From assembly GCA_964016885.1 (NCBI GenBank), contig OZ024741.1, positions 409,324,001-409,388,000 of the forward strand: 64,000 nt of DNA, read 5' to 3'. A program made the position numbers and the translations under genes. This DNA is from Eledone cirrhosa. Lineage: Eukaryota. Shown here in pieces: positions 39,840 through 50,235 of the stretch (position 1 is its first letter; the number at the start of each line of letters is the position of its first letter). A model generated the notes under the pieces. It was not told where the DNA came from, searched no databases, and was given only the letters and a program-made list of their open reading frames with translations.

Positions 39840-40500
39840 CCACCTTACAGGGTGAACTGGGTGCTTTTTGTTGTGTCACCAGTACAACCACCTTACAGGG
39901 TGAACTGGGTGTTTTTTGTTGTCACCAGCACAACCACCTAACAGGGTGAACTGGGTGTTTTCTGTCGTGTCACCAGCACAACCACCTTACAGGGTGAACT
40001 GGGTGCTTTTTGTTGTGTCACCAGTACAACCACCTAACAGGGTGAACTGGGTGTTTTTTGTTGTCACCAGCACAACCACCTTACAGGGTAAACTGGGTGT
40101 TTTTTGTTGTCACCAGCACAACCACCTAACAGGGTGAACTGGGTGCTTTTTGTTGTCACCAGTACAACCACTTAACAGGGTGAACTGGATGTTTTCTGTC
40201 ATGTCACCAGCACAACCACCTTACAGGGTGAACTGGGTGCTTTTTTGTTGTGTCACCAGTACAACCACCTTACAGGGTGAACTGGGTGTTTTTTGTTGTG
40301 TCACCAGCACAACCACCTTACAGGGTGAACTGGGTGTATTTTGTTGTGTCACCAGTACAACCACCTTACAAGGTGAACTGGGTGTTTTTTGTTGTGTCAC
40401 CAGCACAACCACCTTACAGGGTGAACTGGGTGTTTTTTGTTGTGTCACCAGCACAACCACCTTACAGGGTGAACTGGGTGTTTTTTGTTGTGTCACCAGC
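39840..40500. repeat. 48-51 bp minisatellite derived from an RTE-type 3' UTR
   Basis: Unit caccttacagggtgaactgggtgttttttgttgtgtcaccagcacaac. The left flank and the unit resemble 41085-41220. Confidence 0.9.
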
Positions 40501-40680
40501 ATGAGAGTGTGTATATACACACAAACATGGCTTAGTGGTTAGTGAATTTGATTCCTTGTGGCAACAACAAGAAAATATATACCTGAATTAATTAATGCAT
40601 CCATTTCAGAATGTTTCTATGAGTAAACAGGTATATAAGCCCATGAAATCCATGTTTCCTTGTGTTTGTTTAGATGATAT

Positions 40681-40733
40681 AAACATCTTCTGATGAAGAC
40701 CCAACTAGGTCCAAAAATCAATTAAAGGTGTTT
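40681..40733 (+). ncRNA. Degenerate type-I hammerhead ribozyme motif
   Basis: aaacatctt-CTGATGA-(a)gacc caacta ggtc-(c)AAAA-atcaat-TA-aaggtgttt: 9-bp stem I and stem II are present, but the GAAA box is mutated. Confidence 0.5.
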
Positions 40734-40957
40734 ATCATTTTGCAATTTACAGGGAAATTCATATTTCTGGCGTCTTTATCTGTCTATAGATTAAACATGT
40801 GTATATTTAGATATACATGGGTGCAGTGTTGGTTATCTACTCAGTATATATATACAGATATAACTTTAGTGGGGAAAATGGATGTAAAACGCTGATGATG
40901 ATGATGACTGACATACACACACACAATCATCATATAATATAACATATATGTGTGTGT

Positions 40958-43592
40958 CATCATCATCATCATCATCACCGTTTTACGTCCGTTCTTCCAC
41001 GCTAGCATGGGTTAGACGGGTTGTCCTGTTGTGGGCAGTGTCTGGTCGGCTGACCATGCCTTGCTCATACAGGAACTGATCTGGCTTGATTTCTACAGCT
41101 GGATGCCCTTCCTAACACCAACCTCATTTACAGTGAGTGCTGGGTGCTTTTTCGTGGCGCCTACACGTCCACTTTACAGTGTGGGCTGGGTGCTTTTTTG
41201 CCGTGGCACCTCCACGACCACCTTGCGGTGGGGGGGCATATTGTTTATATGCTTCAGCATGTACCCATGGGAGGTCGGGTACCCTGTATTACTGCGTGAC
41301 GCCAGAAGTCACGGTCGTGTGTCATTGACTTTGAGAGGTGTAGTTGGGTAAGGTCGGCTTTTATCACCTCATCCCAAGTCATCTTGGGTCTCCCCACTCC
41401 GCGGTTTCCATCAACTTCTAGTGCTCTGCACCTTTTTATGCAGCTGTCATCCTTCATACGCATCACATGTCCATACCAGCGTAACCGCCTCTCCTGCACG
41501 CAGCATTTGATTCCTCTTATGCTCAGTCTCTCTCTCAATTCATTTATGCTTTGTCGTTCACGTATATTACTGTTACACATCCATCGGAGCATGCAGGCTT
41601 CGTTTCTCTCTAATCTACGTAAGTCTTCCACCTTCAGCGCCCAGGTCTCACTACCATGCAACATCGCTGTTCGGATACACGCATCATACAGTCTGCCTTT
41701 CATTCTGAGGGAGAAGCCTTTTGCAGCTAGCAGTGGTAGTAGTTCCCTAAACTTCTTCCATCCCGTTCTTACCCTAGTTATTGTACTTTCTGAGCACCCA
41801 CCTCCGTTGCTAATTCGGTCACCTAGGTAGCAGAAGCTGTCTACTGTTTCTACAGGGCCCTCCCAGAGATTGGTGGTACTTGTTTCCTGTGGCTGTTTGC
41901 TTGCTGTTTCAGCACAGCTGCTGCATGTGAATCCTACATTCTTAATTAAGCTTCCTGAGATCCCGCTACATCTCTTGTGTACCCATTGTTTGCATTTGGG
42001 GCAGAGAATGGAGTTCCTACCTACACCTTTCCTACATACTGAGCAAGGCCATTTCCCTGAGGGGATCTGGGTTCTGTTTTCTCGTCTACTTATAAGGACC
42101 TTAGTCTTTGTCATGTTGACTTTGAGGCCCTTTCTCTCTAGTCCCTGCTTCCAGGTTTGGAATTTATTCTCTAGTTCTACCATAGATTCAGCTATGAGTG
42201 CGAGGTCATCAGCATACAGGAGTTCCCATGGGCATCCGGTCTTAAACTCCTCCGTTATTGCCTGCAGGACTATGATGAACAGGAGAGGGCTAAGAACAGA
42301 GCCCTGGTGGACCCCAACCTGTACGCTAAATTCCTCGCTATACTCATTGCCAATCCTAACTTTGCTGACTGCTCCCCTATACATGGCTTGTACCGCTTTC
42401 ACAAGCCATTCATCTACTCCTAGTTTTCTAAGAGCCCACCAGATTACTGCACGTGGAACTCTGTCAAAGGCTTTCTCAAGGTCGACAAATGCCAAGTAGA
42501 GTGGCTTACTTTTAGCTAGGTACTTTTCCTGTAATTGCCTCACAAGGAAGAGCGCATCAGTGGTGCCTTTCCCTGGAACAAACCCAAATTGCATCTCGTC
42601 TATATTCACCCGGTCCCTAATCAGCTGTGCTATAACTCTTTCTGTTACTTTCATGACCTGGTCCATCAACTTTATACCTCTATAGTTTCCTCTATCTAGT
42701 GCATCGCCTTTACCTTTGTAGCAGTTGACAATGATGCTACTGCACCAATCTTTTGGTATGGCCCCCTCTAGTATTACCTGGTTAACGATACGTGTGGTTA
42801 TAGTGTGACCTACAGACCCAGATGCCTTCAGCATCTCGGCAGCTATACCCGATGGACCGGTTGCCTTCCCTATCTTCATATCTCTGATTGCCTTACTTAC
42901 TACGCTGCCGCTGACTTGTACTGCTGGTCCCTCTATAGGGTCTACGTGGGGTAGGGTCTCTTCTTCCCATGCATTCTCCTCATTTAGTAATCTATCATAA
43001 TGACTCTTCCATGCATCTTTCTTCTCAGCACTTGTGAGGGCAAGCTCACCTTTATCATTCCGGATACACTTCTCTCCAATGACATCACAACTATCTCTGA
43101 CACACTGCCTCGCAATCTTGAATACCTCCTGTTTCTGGTCCTCACGTTGTAAAACATGCTTGAATTTTCTATCCTCTGCTTCCCTCCTAGCTAAGTATAC
43201 TTGTCGCCTAGCTTCCCTCTTGGTCTCTATGTAATGTACCCTGCTCCCCCCGTTCTTCCATTCTTTCCATGCCTGTCTCTTGGCCTTGACTGCTTCATCT
43301 ACCTTATTGTTCCACCACCAAGTCACTCTCCTCCTGCTTGAGGTCTTACTCCAGCCACAAACCTCATCCGTCGCCTCTAGTAAGTTATTTTTTAGGAACT
43401 CCCAGTTCTCTTCTACGTTAAATGTCTCTATCTGTTCTTCTTTACTGTCGTAGGCGTTGAGTAAAATATCTTTAAATCTGTTACTGGTTGAGGGGACTTT
43501 CAGCTTCCAGATCTTTCTTCTCCAGGTTGGCCTCTGTTTCAGGGCTCGTCTAGTTCTGACCGTGAGGTCGCTGACAACTAAGCTATGTTGGG
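40958..43592 (-). mobile_element. RTE-clade LINE, 5'-truncated, young
   Basis: Open frame 43592-41254, (GAT)n tail, flanked by atgtgtgtgt at 40948-40957 and 43593-43602 (probable TSD within a TG microsatellite). Confidence 0.93.
41254..43592 (-). CDS. RTE ORF remnant: end of APE domain + reverse transcriptase with inserted PHD-type finger (no start codon)
   Basis: QHSLVVSDL (APE end), TWWWN, NYRGIKL, QFGFVPG, FVDLEKAFDRV, GVHQGSVLSP, YADD, RLRWYGHV, RGVGRPK. The frame stays open upstream of the tracked 43326 start. Confidence 0.88.
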
Positions 43593-43680
43593 ATGTGTGT
43601 GTGTGTGTGTATATATATAATATAAATATATAGATATATACGATATTAACAAATGGAAACTATATTTATAAAACCATATT

Positions 43681-43745
43681 TATTTCATTATACATATTTC
43701 AAGGACACCAAGTTAAATTATGGTGTGCTTTCATCAGATAAAATA
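43681..43745 (-). ncRNA. Type-I hammerhead ribozyme motif (mirror of 43893-43957)
   Basis: Reverse complement of the plus-strand motif. Confidence 0.75.
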
Positions 43746-43892
43746 TAATATAGATCAGTTTTATAAATAAATATTGACATACCCTTAAAAAATGCAACCA
43801 TTACTGTTGGAAGCTATCCGGGAGCTTCCAACAGTAATGGTTGCATTTTTTAAGGGTATGTCAATATTTATTTATAAAACTGATCTATATTA

Positions 43893-43957
43893 TATTTTAT
43901 CTGATGAAAGCACACCATAATTTAACTTGGTGTCCTTGAAATATGTATAATGAAATA
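43893..43957 (+). ncRNA. Type-I hammerhead ribozyme motif
   Basis: tattttat-CTGATGA-aagcacacca...tggtgtcctt-GAAA-tatgta-TA^atgaaata: both catalytic boxes, stems I and II, short near-palindromic stem III. Predicted cut after 43949. Confidence 0.78.
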
Positions 43958-44084
43958 AATATGGTTTTATAAATATAGTTTCCATTTGTTAATATCGTAT
44001 TTTTACTCCAAATATTTGTTGAGTGCTTTATATCAGTTATAAAAATATTTGCTTGTTGTATCCCAACAATTTAAATAGAACTTT

Positions 44085-44119
<35 letters not shown>

Positions 44120-44213
44120 GAAGAACACTGGAAGGTAATATCCGTAGTGGTAGAGCACTCAGTCCAAGGGACGAGTTAGGTAGAAGTGGTTACACAACAG
44201 TTAGTTCACCATA

Positions 44214-44253
44214 CCGAGAACAATTGTTTCACCTTAGCGGATCCTCAGCTCGG
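44214..44253 (-). ncRNA. Minimal type-I hammerhead ribozyme motif (mirror of 44288-44327)
   Basis: Reverse complement of the plus-strand motif. Confidence 0.75.
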
Positions 44254-44287
44254 ACTGGACATGGTTATACGTATAACCATGTCCAGT

Positions 44288-44327
44288 CCGAGCTGAGGAT
44301 CCGCTAAGGTGAAACAATTGTTCTCGG
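44288..44327 (+). ncRNA. Minimal type-I hammerhead ribozyme motif
   Basis: ccgag-CTGAGGA-tcc gctaa ggt-GAAA-caattg-TT^ctcgg: perfect 5-bp stem I, palindromic stem III CAATTG, very short stem II. Confidence 0.78.
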
Positions 44328-44492
44328 TATGGTGAACTAACTGTTGTGTTACCACTTCTATATATATATAAGCAAAAGGGATATTTAATTTGTTGGTAAT
44401 TCAACAAATATATATGTTTATAACTGATTCGAAGCACTCAACAGTTTTCTGGAGTATAATATCAATGATATTAAATAAATGGAAACCATATT

Positions 44493-44553
44493 TATTCTAT
44501 TATATATATTTCAAGGGTACCAAAACTTTGGTACGCCCTCATCAGATAAAATA
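44493..44553 (-). ncRNA. Type-I hammerhead ribozyme motif
   Basis: Minus strand: tattttat-CTGATGA-gggcgtaccaaagttttggtaccctt-GAAA-tatata-TA^atagaata. Confidence 0.78.
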
Positions 44554-44700
44554 CAAAGTTTGTTTTATAAATATTGACATATCCATGAAGGAGATATTAA
44601 CGGTTCAAGTTTTTCCCTTCTTTCCTTTTATTATCCTGGAAAAACTTGAACAGTTAACATCTCCTTCCTGGATATGATAATACTTATAAAACAAACTTTG

Positions 44701-44761
44701 TATTTTGTCTGATGAGGGCGTACCAAAGTTTTGGTACCCTTGAAATATATATATTAGAAAA
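44701..44761 (+). ncRNA. Type-I hammerhead ribozyme motif, stem I partly decayed
   Basis: tattttgt-CTGATGA-gggcgtaccaaagttttggtaccctt-GAAA-tatata-TA-ttagaaaa. Confidence 0.65.
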
Positions 44762-44847
44762 AATATAGTTTTATAAATATAGTTTCCATTTATTTAATAT
44801 CATTGATATATATATGTGATGTATAGTTATCTCTAGATGCCAGATAC

Positions 44848-45077
44848 CTGGGTGTGAAGTTCCATTGTGGACGTCTCTGCTGTTGAGAAAGGCTGTAACT
44901 GTGAGTTCGTCGACTGGAATCACTGCTACGTTCTTTACGGATTCCTTCTTCATAGAGCTGTCCTACCTGTATATCTATGGCAGTAATATCTTCCACCACT
45001 CGTTTCATTACAGCTCGGACATTTCTTGGTTCAATTGTATTCAGCCAGTCCCGTGTCTCCACACTCTTACGTAACAT
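44848..45077 (-). CDS. VPS51: VPS51 coding exon
   Basis: [58 protein letters not shown]..., near-identical to the conserved VPS51 block. Acceptor ttgaag, donor gtatct, 230 bp, ends phase 2. Confidence 0.96.
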
Positions 45078-45393
45078 CTTCAATGATATAAGGGACCCAG
45101 TCAAAATATAATTCATCATCATAGTAATATCACAAATTTTAGAGTTATAGAGAAAAAAGAATGAAATCAAACTTCAAAATTATAAGACCAGAAAGTTTTA
45201 CTCTGAGAGTTTCCCAAACTCTGAGGAAAGGATTTTTAAGTCCTGAAATATTAGGACAAAAAAATAATAATAATAATACCAGGTAACTTTTTTGTTGCCT
45301 TTGTTTTACCTTTCATTTCACAGTGTCTTACACATCTTAAAGATATCATTTTATACATTATATAATATTGAGGTGATGATTAATAAGGTATTA

Positions 45394-47025
45394 TGGTCAG
45401 GCTTCTACCAGTTAGTGGTACTATGTGACCCAATCCATGGTTGAGTGGTAGGTAGCTAACCCAGCTCCCCACCAGACCCTGATATAGTGAGGTTAGGCTT
45501 CTACCAGTTAGTGGTACTATGTGACCCAGTCCATGGTTCAGTGGTAGGTAGCTAACCCAGCTCCCCACCAGACCCTGATATAGTGAGGTCAGGCTTCTAC
45601 CAGTTAGTGGTACTATGTGATCCAATCCATGGTTGAGTGGTAGGTAGCTAACCCAGCTCCCCACCAGACCCTGATATAGTGAGGTCAGGCTTCTACCAGT
45701 TAGTGGTACTATGTGACCCAATCCATGGTTGAGTGGTAGGTAGCTAACCCAGCTCCCCACCAGACCCTGATATAGTGAGGTTAGGCTTCTACCAGTTAGT
45801 GGTACTATGTGACCCAATCCATGGTTGAGTGGTAGGTAGCTAACCCAGCACCCCACCAGACCCTGATATAGTGAGGTCAGGCTTCTACCAGTTAGTGGTA
45901 CTATGTGACCCAATCCATGGTTGAGTGGTAGGTAGCTAACCCAGCTCCCCACCAGACCCTGATATAGTGAGGTTAGGCTTCTACCAGTTAGTGGTACTAT
46001 GTGACCCAGTCCATGGTTGAGTGGTAGGTAGCTAACCCAGCTCCCCACCAGACCCTGATATAGTGAGGTTAGGCTTCTACCAGTTAGTGGTACTATGTGA
46101 CCCAGTCCATGGTTGAGTGGTAGGTAGCTAACCCAGCTCCCCACCAGACCCTGATATAGTGAGGTTAGGCTTCTACCAGTTAGTGGTACTATGTGACCTA
46201 GTCCACGGTTGAGTGGTAGGTAGCTAACCCAGCTCCCCACCAGACCCTGATATAGTGAGGTTAGGCTTCTACCAGTTAGTGGTACTATGTGACCCAGTCC
46301 ATGGTTCAGTGGTAGGTAGCTAACCCAGCTCCCCACCAGACCCTGATATAGTGAGGTTAGGCTTCTACCAGTTAGTGGTACTATGTGACCCAGTCCATGT
46401 TTGAGTGGTAGGTAGCTAACCCAGCTCCCCACCAGACCCTGATATAGTGAGGTCAGGCTTCTACCAGTTAGTGGTACTTGTGACCCAGTCCATGGTTGAG
46501 TGGTAGGTAGCTAAGCCAGCTCCCCACCAGACCTTCATATGGTGAGGTCAGGCTTCTACCAGTTAGTGGTACTATGTGACCCAGTCCATGGTTGAGTGGT
46601 AGGTAGCTAACCCAGCTCCCCACCAGATGCCATATGGTGAGGTTAGGCTTCTACCAGTTAATGGTACTATGTGACCCAGTCCATGTTTGAGTGGTAGGTA
46701 GCTAACCCAACTCCCCACCAGACCTTCATATGGTGAGGTTAGGCTTCTACCAGTTAGTGGTACTATGTGACCCAGTCCATGGTTGAGTGGTAGGTAGCTA
46801 ACTCAGATCCCCACCAGATGCCATATGGTGAGGTTAGGCTTCTACCAGTTAGTGGTACTATGTGACCCAGTCCATGTTTGAGTGGTAGGTAGCTAACCCA
46901 ACTCCCCACCAGACCTTCATATGGTGAGGTTAGGCTTCTACCAGTTAGTGGTACTATGTGATCCAGTCCATGGTTGAGTGGTAGGTAGCTAACCCAGCTC
47001 CCCACCAGTCACTCATATAGTGAGG
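45394..47025. repeat. 96-bp minisatellite, ~17 units
   Basis: 32-aa periodicity in ORF 45380-46432. Unit ggttaggcttctaccagttagtggtactatgtgacccagtccatggttgagtgg... Confidence 0.97.
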
Positions 47026-47246
47026 AGGATAAGTGGAACTACAGCAGCACAAAAACAAGCCTTGTTAAAAGGGCAGATGAACTCCTCAGAGTCAACGGCC
47101 ATCCACCCCCAACTATGTGTTAAACAGCCTCACCAAGTTTTGTACTCTCAGTCACTTACTGCCACAACAACCAGGATAAGCACTGGTCTGAGCATCCGGC
47201 CTCGAGGCAGTCTTTTTATCCTGCCAGCCTAGATTAGAGAAACTAA

Positions 47247-49685
47247 GTGTTAGTGTAACAGCTATATATAGTGTTACTGCTAGTGTAACAGCAATATATA
47301 GTGTTACTGGAAGTGTAACAGCTACCTATCACACATTAGACAATATATAGTGTTACTGCTAGTGTAACAGCAATATATAGTGTTACTGGAAGTGTAACAG
47401 CAATATATAGTGTTACTGGTACTGTAACAGCTACCTACTATCATACATTAGACAGTATATAGTGTTATTGGTAGTGTAACAGCTACCTACTATCACATTA
47501 GACAGTATATAGTGTTACTGGTAGTGTAACAGCTACCTACTATCACACATTAGACAGTATATAGTGTTACTGGTAGTGTAACAGCTACCTACTATCACAT
47601 TAGACAGTATATAGTGTTACTGGTAGTGTAACAGCTACCTACTATCACATTAGACAGTATATAGTGTTACTGGTAGTGTAACAGCTACCTACTATCACAC
47701 ATTAGACAGTATATAGTGTTACTGGTAGTGTAACAGCTACCTACTATCACACATTAGACAGTATATAGTGTTACTGGTAGTGTAACAGCTAACTACTATC
47801 ATACATTAGACAATATATAGTGTTACTGGTAGTGTAACAGCTAACTACTATCATACATTAGACAGTATATAGTGTTACTGGTAGTGTAACAGCAATATAT
47901 AGTGTTACTGGTAGTGTAACAGCTACCTACTATCATACATTAGACAATATATAGTGTTATTGGTAGTGTAACAGCTACCTACTATCATACATTAGACAAT
48001 ATATAGTGTTACTGGTAGTGTAACAGCTACCTACTATCACATTAGACAGTATATAGTGTTACTGGTAGTGTAACAGCTACCTACTATCATACATTAGACA
48101 GTATATAGTGTTACTGGTAGTGTAACAGCTACCTACTATCATACATTAGACAATATATAGTGTTACTGGTAGTGTAACAGCTAACTACTATCATACATTA
48201 GACAATATATAGTGTTACTGGTAGTGTAACAGCTAACTACTATCATACATTAGACAGTATATAGTGTTACTGGTAGTGTAACAGCTACCTATCACACATT
48301 AGACAGTATATAGTGTTACTGGTAGTGTAACAGCTACCTATCACACATTAGACAGTATATAGTGTTACTGGTAGTGTAACAGCTACCTACTATCACACAT
48401 TAGACAGTATATAGTGTTACTGGTAGTGTAACAGCTACCTATCACACATTAGACAGTATATAGTGTTACTGGTAGTGTAACAGCTACCTACTATCATACA
48501 TTAGACAGTATATAGTGTTACTGGTAGTGTAACAGCTAACTACTATCATACATTAGACAGTATATAGTGTTACTGGTAGTGTAACAGCTACCTACTATCA
48601 CACATTAGACAGTATATAGTGTTACTGGTAGTGTAACAGCTATCTACTATCATACATTAGACAGTATATAGTGTTACTGGTAGTGTAACAGCTACCTACT
48701 ATCATACATTAGACAGTATATAGTGTTACTGGTAGTGTAACAGCAATATATAGTGTTACTGGTAGTGTAACAGCTACCTACTATCATACATTAGACAATA
48801 TATAGTGTTACTGGTAGTGTAACAGCTACATACTATCATACATTAGACAATATATAGTGTTACTGGTAGTGTAACAGCTACCTACTATCATACATTAGAC
48901 AATATATAGTGTTACTGGTAGTGTAACAGCTACCTATCACACATTAGACAATATATAGTGTTACTGGTAGTGTAACAGCAATATATAGTGTTACTGGTAG
49001 TGTAACAGCAATATATAGTGTTACTGGTAGTGTAACAGCTACCTACTATCATACATTAGACAATATATAGTGTTACTGGTAGTGTAACAGCTACATACTA
49101 TCATACATTAGACAATATATAGTGTTACTGGTAGTGTAAGAGCTACATACTATCATACATTAGACAATATATAGTGTTACTGGTAGTGTAACAGCAATAT
49201 ATAGTGTTACTGGTAGTGTAACAGCTACATACTATCATACATTAGACAATATATAGTGTTACTGGTAGTGTAACAGCTACCTACTATCATACATTAGACA
49301 ATATATAGTGTTACTGGTAGTGTAACAGCTAACTACTATCATACATTAGACAATATATAGTGTTACTGGTAGTGTAACAGCTACCTACTATCATACATTA
49401 GACAGTATATAGTGTTACTGGTAGTGTAACAGCTAACTACTATCATACATTAGACAATATATAGTGTTACTGGTAGTGTAACAGCTACCTACTATCATAC
49501 ATTAGACAATATATAGTGTTACTGGTAGTGTAACAGCTACCTACTATCATACATTAGACAATATATAGTGTTACTGGTAGTGTAACAGCTACCTACTATC
49601 ATACATTAGACAATATATAGTGTTACTGGTAGTGTAACAGCTACCTACTATCATAAATTAGACAGTATATAGTATTATTGGTACC
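47247..49685. repeat. 52-bp minisatellite with 30-bp truncated units
   Basis: Unit gtgttactggtagtgtaacagctacctactatcatacattagacagtatata. Confidence 0.97.
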
Positions 49686-49806
49686 ATCAGTAGGATACGA
49701 CCATGTTAGAGTCCCAATATTGAGTCATCTATATCAAACCTGATTCAACTGATTAGAAATAAAATTAGAAAGATAAGAAATGCTAAAACTTATTGCAATG
49801 ACATAC

Positions 49807-49947
49807 CTGGGAAATAGTAAGTCCTTGTATTCGAACATAATGGTTTAAAAGTTTCTGGGCAGCACACTTTGCCTCTTCACATAACTTGGATATGGTGGTT
49901 ACCCCTGTTGTGTCTTCCATTAGAAGTTGTTCCTCAGTTAGTACAAC
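49807..49947 (-). CDS. VPS51: VPS51 coding exon
   Basis: VVLTEEQLLMEDTTGVTTISKLCEEAKCAAQKLLNHYVRIQGLTISQ (VPS51 LL.HYVKVQGL.ISQ). Acceptor caacag, donor gtatgt, 141 bp. Confidence 0.93.
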
Positions 49948-50064
49948 CTGTTGGATGGGAGCTATTGTTAGAATTATTTCAGTGATATGACAAAAAGTAC
50001 CCTATCCACCCTGTAATATGGTTGTATTGGTGACACAATGAAAAAGTACCCAGTTCACCTTGTC

Positions 50065-50235
50065 AGTCAGTATCGGTAGAGGGTCGGACGCCATGCTTTC
50101 CAGCATAGTTACGTCCCTTTACGATCTGAGTTCAAATCCCGCTGAGGTTGACTTTGCCTTTCATCCTTACGGGGTTGCTAAAGTACCAGTAATGCAGTGG
50201 GTGATTGCTGGCCTTGTGCCTAAAGTAGAAACAAT
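50065..50235 (+). mobile_element. tRNA-derived SINE (Meta-like)
   Basis: B box gagttcaaatcc followed by gaggttgactttgcctttcatccttacgggg...aagtaccagt. Confidence 0.7.

Larger units (their letters stand above)
43638..44088 (+). mobile_element. Fold-back element 1: 178-bp inverted arms, 7-nt loop, unpaired tail 44001-44088
   Basis: 43638-43815 is the reverse complement of 43823-44000 with no mismatch seen. Bounded by TA-rich/(TA)n sequence. Confidence 0.9.
44116..44360 (-). mobile_element. Fold-back element 2: 180-bp loopless palindrome (44181-44360) plus tail 44116-44180, within (TA)n
   Basis: Centre ...ggttatac|gtataacc... at 44270/44271, with one mismatch seen in the 90-bp arms. The ORF track shows the same peptide on both strands. 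Confidence 0.9.
44372..44809 (-). mobile_element. Fold-back element 3 (same family as element 1, opposite orientation, older)
   Basis: Imperfect arms 44459-44616 / 44638-44809. Tail 44372-44458 is a diverged reverse complement of 44001-44088. Confidence 0.88.

Noticed and set aside
41384-43234. Plus-strand ORFs overlapping the RTE (and minus-strand ORFs over the L1/Tx1 element)
   Set aside because: They are antisense shadows of the retroelement ORFs with no recognisable motifs.
43638-44809. miRNA precursors or ordinary MITEs
   Set aside because: The arms are much longer than pre-miRNA hairpins. Asymmetric tails and conserved hammerhead boxes argue against TIR elements, although this is not formally excluded.
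45380-47005. 350-aa repeat ORF on the VPS51 strand as an extra exon
   Set aside because: It is a 96-bp minisatellite. The flanking exons join seamlessly (ISQ|MLRKS) as in homologues.
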